Source: Patiria miniata
Taxonomy: Eukaryota
Reading direction: 5' to 3'
NCBI RefSeq assembly: GCF_015706575.1
Contig: NW_024037061.1
Span: 915,897-979,896, forward strand
DNA: 64,000 nucleotides
Position numbers and translations under genes: made by a program
Shown here: positions 20,430 to 35,600 of the stretch, in pieces
Numbering within the stretch: position 1 is the stretch's first letter
Layout: the number at the start of each line of letters is the position of its first letter
The notes under the pieces: model-generated
What the model saw: the letters and a program-made list of their open reading frames with translations, nothing else
What the model was told of the DNA's origin: nothing
Database searches by the model: none

Positions 20430-23400
20430 TAAAAACTTTTATTATCGGCGTAATTTATAGAGAAGTTAAACTTTATAGACAAACGGCGAGGTTTTGCAAT
20501 TGTGCATGTTATTAAGAAAAAGTTAGGGGGAAAAAATCTGAATTTTCTCATAATATTTTCAATTTTTTGGCCAAGATCGTGCAAATTTACATGTTTGAAT
20601 ATTGAAACATGGTTCTCATGCCTCAAAAAGCATTTCTGAGTATTTTGAAGAAAAGTCAATTTTTGGGCCAAATTCATCAAAAAAGTAAGGTTTACCCCTT
20701 ACATTTTTTCATAATTTTGATGAAAAATAAAATTTCTTCAAACTTGCTAAAAAGATGCACCAGAGTCTATAAAACACGGTCCTACTCTATATACTGGACA
20801 AATGTGACTTTCAAAGGAAAAAAGAATGCGTCAAAAATTGTGTGGAAAACGTCAAATTTATCTTTTTTCCCCTAATAATTTTATTATAACGTCCGAAATT
20901 TGAGGTAAAATAGGTCAAATATACGATATGCATTTCTGAGTAATTTGGAGAAAATTAATTTTTTGGCCAAAATTGACAAAAAAGTAAGGCTATAAACCCC
21001 TTACATTTTTTTTTCAAATTTGGCTGAAAAATTAAATTTCTTGAAACTTGCTGGGAAGATGCCTCGGGGTCCCTAGAACACGTTTCCACTCTTACATTGG
21101 ACAGATATGCCTTTCAAAAGGAAATATAACGTCGAAAATTTGAGGTAAAATTGGTCAAATTTATGAATTTTTTTCACAATAATGCCACAATTTCGGCCAT
21201 AATTTAGCCAATTTTGCCGGTCTGAATATTAAACCGTGTTCCCAAAGCCTTAATATGCATTGCTGAGTAGTTTGGAGAAAATTCATTTTTTGGCCAAAAT
21301 TGAAAAAAAAGTAAGGCTAACCCCTTACATTTTTTTTCAAATTTGGCTGAAAAATGAAATTTCTTGAAACTTGCTGGGAAGATGCCTCAGGGTCCCTAGA
21401 ACACGTTTCCACTCTTACATTGGACAGATATGCCTTTCAAAAGGAAATATAACGTCGAAAATTTGAGGTAAAATTGGTCAAATTTATGATTTTTTTTCCC
21501 AATAATGCCACAATTCCGGCCAAAATTTAGCCAATTTTGCCGGTCTAAATATTAAATCGTGATCCCAACACCTTATTATGCATTACTGAGTAGTTTGGAG
21601 AAAATTCATTTTTTGGCAAAAATTGAAAAAAAGTAAGGCTAACCCCTTACATTTTTTTCAAAGTTGGCTGAAAAATGAAATTTCTTGCAACTTGCTGGGA
21701 AGATGCATCAGGGTCCCTAGAACACGTTTCCACTCTTACATTGGACAGATATGCCTTTCAAAAGGAAATATAACGTCGAAAATTTGAGGTAAAATTGGTC
21801 AAATTTATGAATTTTTTAACCAATAATGCCACAATTTCGGCACAAATTTAGCCAATTTTGCCGGTCTGAATATTAAATCGTGATCCCAAAGCCTTTATAT
21901 GCATTTCTGAGTAGTTTGGAGAAAATTCATTTTTTGGCCAAAATTGAAAAAAAAGTAAGGCTAACCCCTTACATTTTTTTCAAATTTGGCTGAAAAATGA
22001 AATTTCTTGAAACTTGCTGGGAAGATGCCTCAGGGTCCCTAGAACACGTTTCCACTCTTACATTGGACAGATATGCCTTTCAAAAGGAAATATAACGTCC
22101 ACAATTTGAGGTAAAATTGGTCAAATTTATGATTTTTGTTCCCAATAATGCCACAATTTCAGCCGAAATTGAGCCAATTTTGCCGGTCTGAATATTAAAT
22201 CGTGATCCCAAAGCCTTAATATGCATTTCTGAGTAGTTTGGAGAAAATTCATTTTTTGGCCAAAATTGAAAAAAAAGTAAGGCTAACCCCTTACATTTTT
22301 TTCAAATTTGGCTGAAAAATGAAATTTCTTGAAACTTGCTGGGAAGATGCCTCAGGGTCCCTAGAACACGTTTCCACTCTTACATTGGACAGATATGCCT
22401 TTCAAAAGGAAATATAACGTCGAAAATTTGAGGTAAAATTGGTCAAATTTATGATTTTTGTTCCCAATAATGACACAATTTCAGCCAAAATTGAGCCAAT
22501 TTTGCCGGTCTGAATATTAAATCGTGATCCCAAAGCCTTAATATGCATTTCTGAGTAGTTTGGAAAAAATTCATTTTTTGGCCAAAATTGAAAAAAAAGT
22601 AAGGCTAACCCCTTACATTTTTTTCAAATTTGGCTGAAAAATGAAATTTCTTGAAACTTGCTTGGAAGAGGCCTCAGGGTCCCTAGAACACGTTTCCACT
22701 CTTACATTGGACAGATATGCCTTTCGAAAGGAAATTTAACGTCCACAATTTGAGGTAAAATTGGTCAAATTTATGATTTTTGTTCCCAATAATGCCACAA
22801 TTTCAGCCGAAATTGAGCCAATTTGCCGGTCTGAATATTAAATCGTGATACCAAAGCCTTTATATGCATTTCTGAGTAGTTTGGAGAAAATTCATTTTTT
22901 GGCCAAAATTGAAAAAAAAGGAAGGCTAACCCCTTACATTTTTTTCAAATTTGGCTGAAAAATGAAATTTCTTGAAACTTGCTGGGAAGATGCCTCAGGG
23001 TCCCTAGAACACGTTTCCACTCTTACATTGGACAGATATGCCTTTCAAAAGGAAATATAACGTCCACAATTTGAGGTAAAATTGGTCAAATTTATGATTT
23101 TTGTTCCCAATAATGCCACAATTTCAGCCGAAATTCAGCCAATTTTGCCGGTCTGAATATTAAATCGTGATCCCAAAGCCTTAATATGCATTTCTGAGTA
23201 GTTTGGAGAAAATTCATTTTTTGGCCAAAATTGAAAAAAAAGTAAGCCTAACCCCTTACATTTTTTTCAAATTTGGCTGAAAAATGAAATTTCTTGAAAC
23301 TTGCTGGGAAGATGCCTCAGGGTCCCTAGAACACGTTTCCACTCTTACATTGGACAGATATGCCTTTCAAAAGGAAATATAACGTCGAAAATTTGAGGTA

Positions 23401-26400
23401 AAATTGATCAAATTTATGATTTTTGTTCCCAATAATGACACAATTTCAGCCAAAATTGAGCCAATTTTGCCGGTCTGAATATTAAATCGTGATCCCAAAG
23501 CCTTAATATGCATTTCTGAGTAGTTTGGAAAAAATTCATTTTTTTGGCCAAAATTGAAAAAAAAGTAAGGCTAACCCCTTACATTTTTTTCAAATTTGGC
23601 TGAAAAATGAAATTTCTTGAAACTTGCTTGGAAGAGGCCTCAGGGTCCCTAGAACACGTTTCCACTCTTACATTGGACAGATATGCCTTTCAAAAGGAAA
23701 TATAACGTCGAAAATTTGAGGTAAAATTGGTCAAATTTATGAATTTTTTTCACAATAATGCCACAATTTCGGCCATAATTTAGCCAATTTTGCCGGTCTG
23801 AATATTAAACCGTGTTCCCAAAGCCTTAATATGCATTGCTGAGTAGTTTGGAGAAAATTCATTTTTTGGCCAAAATTGAAAAAAAAGTAAGGCTAACCCC
23901 TTACATTTTTTTTCAAATTTGGCTGAAAAATGAAATTTCTTGAAACTTGCTGGGAAGATGCCTCAGGGTCCCTAGAACACGTTTCCACTCTTACATTGGA
24001 CAGATATGCCTTTCAAAAGGAAATATAACGTCGAAAATTTGAGGTAAAATTGGTCAAATTTATGATTTTTTTTCCCAATAATGCCACAATTCCGGCCAAA
24101 ATTTAGCCAATTTTGCCGGTCTAAATATTAAATCGTGATCCCAACACCTTATTATGCATTACTGAGTAGTTTGGAGAAAATTCATTTTTTGGCAAAAATT
24201 GAAAAAAAGTAAGGGTAACCCCTTACATTTTTTTCAAAGTTGGCTGAAAAATGAAATTTCTTGCAACTTGCTGGGAAGATGCATCAGGGTCCCTAGAACA
24301 CGTTTCCACTCTTACATTGGACAGATATGCCTTTCAAAAGGAAATATAACGTCGAAAATTTGAGGTAAAATTGGTCAAATTTATGAATTTTTTAACCAAT
24401 AATGCCACAATTTCGGCACAAATTTAGCCAATTTTGCCGGTCTGAATATTAAATCGTGATCCCAAAGCCTTTATATGCATTTCTGAGTAGTTTGGAGAAA
24501 ATTCATTTTTTGGCCAAAATTGAAAAAAAAGTAAGGCTAACCCCTTACATTTTTTTCAAATTTGGCTGAAAAATGAAATTTCTTGAAACTTGCTGGGAAG
24601 ATGCCTCAGGGTCCCTAGAACACGTTTCCACTCTTACATTGGACAGATATGCCTTTCAAAAGGAAATATAACGTCCACAATTTGAGGTAAAATTGGTCAA
24701 ATTTATGATTTTTGTTCCCAATAATGCCACAATTTCAGCCGAAATTGAGCCAATTTTGCCGGTCTGAATATTAAATCGTGATCCCAAAGCCTTAATATGC
24801 ATTTCTGAGTAGTTTGGAGAAAATTCATTTTTTGGCCAAAATTGAAAAAAAAGTAAGGCTAACCCCTTACATTTTTTTCAAATTTGGCTGAAAAATGAAA
24901 TTTCTTGAAACTTGCTGGGAAGATGCCTCAGGGTCCCTAGAACACGTTTCCACTCTTACATTGGACAGATATGCCTTTCAAAAGGAAATATAACGTCGAA
25001 AATTTGAGGTAAAATTGATCAAATTTATGATTTTTGTTCCCAATAATGACACAATTTCAGCCAAAATTGAGCCAATTTTGCCGGTCTGAATATTAAATCG
25101 TGATCCCAAAGCCTTAATATGCATTTCTGAGTAGTTTGGAAAAAATTCATTTTTTGGCCAAAATTGAAAAAAAAGTAAGGCTAACCCCTTACATTTTTTT
25201 CAAATTTGGCTGAAAAATGAAATTTCTTGAAACTTGCTTGGAAGAGGCCTCAGGGTCCCTAGAACACGTTTCCACTCTTACATTGGACAGATATGCCTTT
25301 CGAAAGGAAATTTAACGTCCACAATTTGAGGTAAAATTGGTCAAATTTATGATTTTTGTTCCCAATAATGCCACAATTTCAGCCGAAATTGAGCCAATTT
25401 GCCGGTCTGAATATTAAATCGTGATACCAAAGACTTTATATGCATTTCTGAGTAGTTTGGAGAAAATTCATTTTTTGGCCAAAATTGAAAAAAAAGGAAG
25501 GCTAACCCCTTACATTTTTTTCAAATTTGGCTGAAAAATGAAATTTCTTGAAACTTGCTGGGAAGATGCCTCAGGGTCCCTAGAACACGTTTCCACTCTT
25601 ACATTGGACAGATATGCCTTTCAAAAGGAAATATAACGTCGAAAATTTGAGGTAAAATTGGTCAAATTTATGATTTTTGTTCCCAATAATGCCACAATTT
25701 CAGCCGAAATTCAGCCAATTTTGCCGGTCTGAATATTAAATCGTGATCCCAAAGCCTTAATATGCATTTCTGAGTAGTTTGGAGAAAATTCATTTTTTTG
25801 CCAAAATTGAAAAAAAAGTAAGCCTAACCCCTTACATTTTTTTCAAATTTGGCTGAAAAATGAAATTTCTTGAAACTTGCTGGGAAGATGCCTCAGGGTC
25901 CCTAGAACACGTTTCCACTCTTACATTGGACAGATATGCCTTTCAAAAGGAAATATAACGTCGAAAATTTGAGGTAAAATTGATCAAATTTATGATTTTT
26001 GTTCCCAATAATGACACAATTTCAGCCAAAATTGAGCCAATTTTGCCGGTCTGAATATTAAATCGTGATCCCAAAGCCTTAATATGCATTTCTGAGTAGT
26101 TTGGAAAAAATTCATTTTTTTGGCCAAAATTGAAAAAAAAGTAAGGCTAACCCCTTACATTTTTTTCAAATTTGGCTGAAAAATGAAATTTCTTGAAACT
26201 TGCTTGGAAGATGCCTCAGGGTCCCTAGAACACGTTTCCACTCTTACATTGGACAGATATGCCTTTCAAAAGGAAATATAACGTCGAAAATTTGAGGTAA
26301 AATTGATCAAATTTATGATTTTTGTTCCCAATAATGACACAATTTCAGCCAAAATTGAGCCAATTTTGCCGGTCTGAATATTAAATCGTGATCCCAAAGC

Positions 26401-29400
26401 CTTAATATGCATTTCTGAGTAGTTTGAAAAAAAATCATTTTTTTGGCCAAAATTGAAAAAAAAGTAAGGCTAACCCCTTACATTTTTTTCAAATTTGGCT
26501 GAAAAACGAAATTTCTTGAAACTTGCTTGGAAGAGGCCTCAGGGTCCCTCTTACATTGGACAGATATGCCTTTCAAAAGGAAATATAACGTCCACAATTT
26601 GAGGTAAAATTGGTCAAATTTATGATTTTTGTTCCCAATAAATTACATTGGACAGATATGCCTTTCAAAAGGAAATATAACGTCCACAATTTGAGGTAAA
26701 ATTGGTCAAATTTATGATTTTTGTTCCCAATAATGCCACAATTTTAGCCGAAATTTAGCCAATTTTGCCGGTCTGAATATTAAATCGTGATCCCAAAGCC
26801 TTTATATGCATTTCTGAGTAGTTTGGAGAAAATTCAATTTTTTGGCCAAAATTGAAAAAAAAATAAGGCTAACCCCTTACAATTTTTTCAAATTTGGCTG
26901 AAAAATGAAATTTCTTGAAACTTGCTGGGAAGATGCCTCAGGGTCCCTAGAACACGTTTCCACTCTTACATTGGACAGATATGCCTTTCAAAAGGAAATA
27001 TAACGTGGAAAATTTGAGGTAAAATTGATCAAATTTATGATTTTTGTTCCCAATAATGACACAATTTCAGCCAAAATTGAGCCAATTTTGCCGGTCTGAA
27101 TATTAAATCGTGATCCCAAAGCCTTAATATGCATTTCTGAGTAGTTTGGAGAAAATTCATTTTTTGGCCAAAATTGAAAAAAAAGTAAGGCTAACCCCTT
27201 ACATTTTTTTCAAATTTGGCTGAAAAATGAAATTTCTTGAAACTTGCTTGGAAGAGGCCTCAGGGTCCCTAGAACACGTTTCCACTCTTACATTGGACAG
27301 ATATGCCTTTCAAAAGGAAATATAACGTCCACAATTTGAGGTAAAATTGGTCAAATTTATGATTTTTGTTCCCAATAATGCCACAATTTCAGCCGAAATT
27401 GAGCCAATTTTGCCGGTCTGAATATTAAATCGTGATCCCAAAGCCTTTATATGCATTTCTGAGTAGTTTGGAGAAAATTCATTTTTTGGCCAAAATTGAA
27501 AAAAAAGTAAGGCTAACCCCTTACATATTTTTCAAATTTGGCTGAAAAATGAAATTTCTTGAAACTTGCTGGGAAGATGCCTCAGGGTCCCTAGAACACG
27601 TTTCCACTCTTACATTGGACAGATATGCCTTTCAAAAGGAAATATAACGTCCACAATTTGAGGTAAAATTGATCAAATTTATGATTTTTGTTCCCAATAA
27701 TGACACAATTTCAGCCAAAATTGAGCCAATTTTGCCGGTCTGAATATTAAATCGTGATCCCAAAGCCTTAATATGCATTGCTGAGTAGTTTGGAGAAAAT
27801 TCATTTTTTGGCCAAAATTGAAAAAAAAGTAAGGCCTTACATTTTTTTCAAATTTGGCTGAAAAATGAAATTTCTTGAAACTTGCTTGGAAGAGGCCTCA
27901 GGGTCCCTAGAACACGTTTCCACTCTTACATTGGACAGATATGCCTTTCAAAAGGAAATATAACGTCGAAAATTTGAGGTAAAATTGATCAAATTTATGA
28001 TTTTTGTTCCCAATAATGCCACAATTTCAGCCAAAATTGAGCCAATTTTGCCGGTCTGAATATTAAATCGTGATCCCAAAGCCTTAATATGCATTGCTGA
28101 GTAGTTTGGAGAAAATTCATTTTTTTGCCAAAATTGAAAAAAAAGTAAGGCTAACCCCTTACATTTTTTTCAAATTTGGCTGAAAAATGAAATTTCTTGA
28201 AACTTGCTTGGAAGATGCCTCAGGGTCCCTAGAACACGTTTCCACTCTTACATTGGACAGATATGCCTTTCAAAAGGAAATATAACGTCCACAATTTGAG
28301 GTAAAATTGGTCAAATTTATGATTTTTGTTCCCAATAATGCCACAATTTCAGCCGAAATTTAGCCAATTTTGCCGGTCTGAATATTAAATCGTGATCCCA
28401 AAGCCTTTATATGCATTTCTGAGTAGTTTGGAGAAAATTCATTTTTTGGCCAAAATTGAAAAAAAAGTAAGGCTAACCCCTTACATTTTTTTCAAATTTG
28501 GCTGAAAAATGAAATTTCTTGAAACTTGCTTGGAAGAGGCCTCAGGGTCCCTAGAACACGTTTCCACTCTTACATTGGACGGATATGCCTTTCAAAAGGA
28601 AATATAACGTCCACAATTTGAGATAAAATTGGTCAAATTTATGATTTTTGTTCCCAATAATGCCACAATTTCAGCCGAAATTGAGCCAATTTTGCCGGTC
28701 TGAATATTAAATCGTGATCCCAAAGCCTTTATATGCATTTCTGAGTAGTTTGGAGAAAATTCATTTTTTTGCCAAAATTGAAAAAAAAGTAAGGCTAACC
28801 CCTTACATTTTTTTCAAATTTGGCTGAAAAATGAAATTTCTTGAAACTTGCTTGGAAGATGCCTCAGGGTCCCTAGAACACGTTTCCTCTCTTACATTGG
28901 ACAGATATGCCTTTCAAAAGGAAATATAACGTCCACAATTTGAGGTAAAATTGGTCAAATTTATGATTTTTGTTCCCAATAATGCCACAATTTCAGCCGA
29001 AATTTAGCCACTTTTGCCGGTCTGAATATTAAATCGTGATCCCAAAGCCTTTATATGCATTTCTGAGTAGTTTGGAGAAAATTCATTTTTTGGCCAAAAT
29101 TGAAAAAAAAGTAAGGCTAACCCCTTACATTTTTTTCAAATTTGGCTGAAAAATGAAATTTCTTGAAACTTGCTGGGAAGATGCCTCAGGGTCCCTAGAT
29201 GACGTTTCCACTCTTACATTGGACAGATATGCCTTTCAAAAGGAAATATAACGTCGAAAATTTGAGGTAAAATTGATCAAATTTATGATTTTTGTTCCCA
29301 ATAATGCCACAATTTCAGCCAAAATTGAGCCAATTTTGCCGGTCTGAATATTAAATCGTGATCCCAAAGCCTTAATATGCATTTCTGAGTAGTTTGGAGA

Positions 29401-32400
29401 AAATTCATTTTTTTTGCCAAAAGTAAAGCTAACCCCTTACATTTTTTTCAAATTTGGCTGAAAAATGAAATTTCTTGAAACTTGCTTGGAAGATGCCTCA
29501 GGGTCCCTAGAACACGTTTCCACTCTTACATTGGACAGATATGCCTTTCAAAAGGAAATATAACGTCCACAATTTGAGGTAAAATTGGTCAAATTTATGA
29601 TTTTTGTTCCCAATAATGCCACAATTTCAGCCGAAATTTAGCCAATTTTGCCGGTCTGAATATTAAATCGTGATCCCAAAGCCTTTATATGCATTTCTGA
29701 GTAGTTTGGAGAAAATTCATTTTTTTGCCAAAATTGAAAAAAAAGTAAGGCTAACCCCTTACATTTTTTTCAAATTTGGCTGAAAAATGAAATTTCTTGA
29801 AACTTGCTTGGAAGATGCCTCAGGGTCCCTAGAACACGTTTCCTCTCTTACATTGGACAGATATGCCTTTCAAAAGGAAATATAACGTCCACAATTTGAG
29901 GTAAAATTGGTCAAATTTATGATTTTTGTTCCCAATAATGCCACAATTTCAGCCGAAATTTAGCCAATTTTGCCGGTCTGAATATTAAATCGTGATCCCA
30001 AAGCCTTTATATGCATTTCTGAGTAGTTTGGAGAAAATTCATTTTTTGGCCAAAATTGAAAAAAAAGTAAGGCTAACCCCTTACATTTTTTTCAAATTTG
30101 GCTGAAAAATGAAATTTCTTGAAACTTGCTTGGAAGAGGCCTCAGGGTCCCTAGAACACGTTTCCACTCTTACATTGGACGGATATGCCTTTCAAAAGGA
30201 AATATAACGTCCACAATTTGAGGTAAAATTGGTCAAATTTATGATTTTTGTTCCCAATAATGCCACAATTTCAGCCGAAATTGAGCCAATTTTGCCGGTC
30301 TGAATATTAAATCGTGATCCCAAAGCCTTTATATGCATTTCTGAGTAGTTTGGAGAAAATTCATTTTTTTGCCAAAATTGAAAAAAAAGTAAGGCTAACC
30401 CCTTACATTTTTTTCAAATTTGGCTGAAAAATGAAATTTCTTGAAACTTGCTGGGAAGAGGCCTCAGGGTCCCTAGAACACGTTTCCACTCTTACATTGG
30501 ACGGATATGCCTTTCAAAAGGAAATATAACGTCCACAATTTGAGGTAAAATTGGTCAAATTTATGATTTTTGTTCCCAATAATGCCACAATTTCAGCCGA
30601 AATTGAGCCAATTTTGCCGGTCTGAATATTAAATCGTGATCCCAAAGCCTTAATATGCATTTCTGAGTAGTTTGGAGAAAATTCATTTTTTGGCCAAAAT
30701 TGAAAAAAAAGTAAGGCTAACCCCTTACATTTTTTTCAAATTTGGCTGGAAAATGAAATTTCTTGAAACTTGCTTGGAAGAGGCCTCAGGGTCCCTAGAA
30801 CACGTTTCCACTCTTACATTGGACAGATATGCCTTTCAAAAGGAAATATAACGTCGAAAATTTGAGGTAAAATTGATCAAATTTATGATATTTGTTCCCA
30901 ATAATGCCACAATTTCAGCCGAAATTTAGCCAATTTTGCCGGTCTGAATATTAAATCGTGATCCCAAAGCCTTAATATGCATTTCTGAGTAGTTTGGAGA
31001 AGATTCATTTTTTGGCCAAAATTGAAAAAAAAGTAAGGCTAACCCCTTACATTTTTTTCAAATTTGGCTGAAAAATGAAATTTCTTGAAACTTGCTGTGA
31101 AGATGCCTCAGGGTCCCTAGATGACGTTTCCACTCTTACATTGGACAGATATGCCTTTCAAAAGGAAATATAACGTCGAAAATTTGAGGTAAAATTGATC
31201 AAATTCATGATTTTTTTTTCCCAATAATGCCACAATTTCAGCCAAAATTGAGCCAATTTTGCCGGTCTGAATATTAAATCGTGATCCCAAAGCCTTAATA
31301 TGCATTTCTGAGTAGTTTGGAGAAAATTCATTTTTTTTTGCCAAAAGTAAAGCTAACCCCTTACATTTTTTTCAAATTTGGCTGAAAAATGAAATTTCTT
31401 GAAACTTGCTGTGAAGATGCCTCAGGGTCCCTAGAACACGTTTCCACTCTTACATTGGACAGATATGCCTTTCAAAAGGAAATATAACGTCCACAATTTG
31501 AGGTAAAATTGGTCAAATTTATGAATTTTTTTCCAAATAATGCCATAATTTCGGCCAAAATTTAGCCAATTTTTCCGGTCTGAATATTAAATCGTGATCC
31601 CAAAGCCTTGATATGCATTGCTGAGCAGTTTGGAGAAAATTCATTTTTTGGCCAAAATTGAAAAACAAGTAAGGCTAACTCCTTACATTTTTTTCAAATT
31701 TGGCTGAAAAATGAAATTTCTTGAAACTTGCTTGGAAGATGCCTCAGGGTCCCTAGAACACGTTTCCACTCTTACATTGGACAGATACGCCTTTCAAAAG
31801 GAAATAATTTATAACGTCGCAAATTTGAGGTAAAATTGGTCAAATTTATGATTTTTTTACCAAATAATGCCACAATTTCGGCCAAAATTTAGCCAATTTT
31901 GCCGGTCTGAATATTAAATCGTGATCCCAAAGCCTCGATATGCATTGCTGAGTAGTTGGGAGAAAATTCATTTTTTTTGCCAAAAGTAAAGCTAACCCCT
32001 TACATTTTTTTCAAATTTGGCTGAAAAATGAAATTTCTTGAAACTTGCTGGGAAGATACCTCAGGGTCCCTAGAACACGTTTCCAATCTTACATTGGACA
32101 GATATGCTTTTCAAAAAGAAATATAACGTCGAAAATTTGAGGTAAAATAGGTCAAATTTATGATTTTTTTACGCATAATGCCACAATTTCGGCCAACATT
32201 TAGCCAATTTTGCCGGTCTGAATATTAAATCGTGATCCCTAAGCCTCGATATGCATTGCTGAGTAGTTGGGAGAAAATTCATTTTTTTTGCCAAAAGTAA
32301 AGCTAACCCCTTACATTTTTTTCAAATTTGGCTGAAAAATGAAATTTCTTGAAACCTGCTGGGAAGATGCATCAGGGTCCCTAGAACACGTTTCCACTCT

Positions 32401-32700
32401 TACATTGGACAGATATGCCTTATATTTTTTGTGTGAATTTTTTGATGAAAAATGTAATTTCTTCAAACTTGCTAAAAAGAAAGGAAAAACAGTCAAATGT
32501 ATTAATTGATTTCGCAATTATTTCAAAATGTAGGAGAAAAATTGCAAAATTTGCTTGTGTGAATATTGAATAAGGGTTATCAAGCCTTCAAAGACAATTC
32601 AAGCAATTTCGAGAAATACCAATTTTTTTTGGCCAAAATTCATCAAAAATGTATTTTCTTTGGCAGAAAATTGTATATCTTAAAACTCGGAAAATCGGAA
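20430..32700. repeat. Satellite array, 322-bp unit x ~37 (core 20880-32430, degenerate edges)
   Basis: Landmark ccccttacat recurs at 21321, 21643, 21965, 22287 ... (period 322). Copies are ~95% identical. One copy is truncated at ~26520-26640. Confidence 0.95.
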
Positions 32701-34924
32701 ATCGAAGGCAATGAGAAGTAAAAGTAGAGAAAATAAGAAGTTCCTGCTCGTCTCATATAAATATTTGTTTATTTTTTTTTTGCAAATAAACTGAAAAAAA
32801 AACAACCCAACTTTAAATCAGAATAAACATGACAAACGATTAATCCCACTGCAATACACAATTGAAAAAAAAAAGTTGAAGACTATTGCATTTCGGTGTC
32901 ATATGAAATTTGGACCCCTGTGAAATCTGGTCTAACTCACGGTGGCCTGTCGCTATGCTAATTATCTTTACGTAGGCATGCGCAATACATCCAAGGGAAT
33001 CTAGATTTTAAAGTCCAAATTTCACACGCTACACCGGTTTTCCCCAATTTACTGGAAATGCACAAATGCTATCCAAGTATGAAATACGTTGGTACATTTC
33101 GACATTTTAACAGTTTTTGACATTTTGTTAAATATAATTTTCCAATCTCTTATGCATTTGTTTCTGATAGTGCATAGATTCAAGAACAGGCATATGAGTT
33201 GCAAGTCAAAGAAATATGTAAATAATAATAACACAACTGTAAGTTTTTGCATAAAGTCAAATGCATCTTTCATAACTTGGCCCCTTAAAAAGAATTGTTT
33301 CAAAATTTCAGAAAAAAATACAAGACACAAAATACATATTTCTACTGTAAAGCGCTTAACTACAGTGACATCCAATATTCCCTCACAAAATCCCAATACC
33401 AAAACCACATCATTTTGTTTCAAGACATTAATAATAATAATAATAAAATCCATATCTTCAAAAATACAGTACATTTTACTCCCACACCAATTCATAGTTC
33501 TGTGATATAAAATATAGACCGACATTTACACAATCCATTAATTCTTTTAATATATCTTTGTTTATCAGGTTTTTTAAATTTTATTAAACACCTATTTTTT
33601 GTTGGGAAAATCTATATTAAATTGGCAGGGATGGGCAACCATTAAATCATGTGCTGTGATAGATTCATGTTTGGCTTTGAAGTAATATATCTAATTGCGT
33701 TGTGAACCTCCAACAATTCTCGTAAATATGACGAAAATCTCGACCGTTCTGACAACAAAAATGAAGAATATTGGGGTTGGGTGGGTATGCAGACAGCACC
33801 TGTATGGCTGTAGGTGTTCTGTATTACCCCCAGGACCGACACACAAAGGGAGAACAACAGATCATTTCAGTCCTCGGGAGTTGGGTCTTTTGTTTGAAAC
33901 GGTCCTCTGTAGTAGGTTTGTGTGCTTAGTCTATGGGAGAGTATTAAATGACAGGGACAAAGGGTAACACAAAGCATTGTCCTCGAGAGTATAGTAAAAC
34001 AATATTGAGTGCTGGTGGATGCGAGGCCATGCAGTAAACTTGGAATTTCTTCGCTCTAAGTGCAAAAGTTTACAAGACTGGATTTGATTCATCTTGTGGA
34101 TGGTACCCTTTTTCTCCGGGCAGGTTTACTATGCTTTCCAGGATCGGGGCCAGCTGAAAATCAAGTGCTGAAGCAAATACAGTCTTGAAATAAGCCTACA
34201 AGGTACTTGTACACAGTGATCATAAACTGGGTGAAGATGAACAACTTCACATGGAATGTTTTGAATTGTTTGTGGTCGTCACAAGTGTCACATATCCACA
34301 ACACACATAAAATATGCATATGGGTCATTACATAAATTCAGGTCCATTTTTTTTCCCCCTGTTACATCTTACATCTATGATTTGATAAAAATGCAGTCGT
34401 CCTCCAAGATTATGATAGCAAACTACGTACTCAACAAATAAAACAAATCGTTTGAAGTAATTCTTAATAATACTTGAACAACAAATTATAAAGTACCAAG
34501 GTATTTTGAACAGGAAAAAAATGTCACACTTTGGACCCTTAATTCATAGAATGACTCATATCAATTATAAAACACACTACAGTTTTTTTTGCAAAATAGA
34601 TTGGAAATTTTTGTGATTTGAAATTTAGAGTGCTTGATGTGTCTCACACATGTTGAATATAAAGAAAGAAAAAATTTGATTAAATAATTCACGTGATAAA
34701 TATGTACAATATATTTACACTGTTTTACACATCACCCATTAAAATAGAAATGAGATGGTATGTTATTATATTCCTTACAAATATCGTATGATTACTCATA
34801 CGAATCACAAACGAACTTTACAGTACAACATTTGATTCGAATTGCAGCATATCAATCAATGTATACAAAACAAGGATTTGCAAGTCTTTGACAACTTGAA
34901 TGGTTCCGTCACAGAAAGACGTAT

Positions 34925-35060
34925 CAGCCTTCATAAAGAAATACCTTTTTTTTTTCATGGGGTGTTTAGTACCAGTACGACCGTTAATTAATCAAAGTAA
35001 GCTTTCGATAATAATTTGTGGGTCACTTTTGGGATAAATGCAAACTATCTGCTAAAATAA
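34925..35060 (-). repeat. Copy of an interspersed ~150-bp element (tatcccaaaagtaacc...cttggattaaagatcgtactggtactaaacaccc..gtgaaattattccgtctggc)
   Basis: Other copies lie at 5640-5770, 11590-11745, 36850-36960, 40165-40300 and 41640-41800. Confidence 0.5.
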
Positions 35061-35189
35061 TTGGTGCATTTTCAACATCTCTCAAATTAGAATTTTTTTT
35101 TACCTCTGAATTTCTGTTTTAAGATTTCTATTTGTTTGAGTACAAGCGTGATGACCATCTGAAAGGAATTATTAACTCTAACTCAGTAG

Positions 35190-35600
35190 GCATTTTTGCT
35201 AGGATGCAACCTCAATCCTGCATAATCCTCCAACTGCCACCCTGTAAAAATTGCATACAGCCTCAATCCTGCAAAATCCTCCGTTATTTCTTGAATGTGG
35301 TCCTTGGAGGGGTGACCACTGCCTCAATCCTGCAAAATCCTCCAGCAATCACTGTCAATACGTTGAGGCAGAGCCAGTGACATCCTGGAGCAGTGCGGAG
35401 GATTTCAAGTATAATCTAGGCCAAAATTTATGCATGTCTAAGCATAAACAACACAAGGTCCAGCCCAAGACCTTGACACAGTGCATCCTCCAAAATCAAC
35501 CACACATTTTTGCCATACAGCCTCAATCCTGCAAAATCTTCCATTTTGCGAAGAGGATTGTGTAGGATTTGGGAAGGTTAGGGTTAATTACGACATTTAA
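35190..35600. repeat. Repeat cluster with 3-4 tandem copies of cagcctcaatcctgcaaaatcctcc plus an inverted partner
   Basis: The motif recurs at 35205, 35258, 35320 and 35520. A related fragment lies at 17740-17850. Confidence 0.5.

Noticed and set aside
20609-31344. ORFs inside the satellite (20609-20875 +, 31117-31344 -)
   Set aside because: They recur once per repeat unit, are AT-rich with low complexity, and have no splice or coding signature.
20430-32700. CRISPR-like array
   Set aside because: This is a eukaryotic context. The 322-bp units are near-identical throughout with no unique spacers and no repeat-spacer architecture, so it is a satellite.
33049-33525. 158-aa minus ORF and overlapping plus ORFs in an AT-rich region
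   Set aside because: Extreme AT bias, (aat)n microsatellite and homopolymers. No coding periodicity or splice sites.
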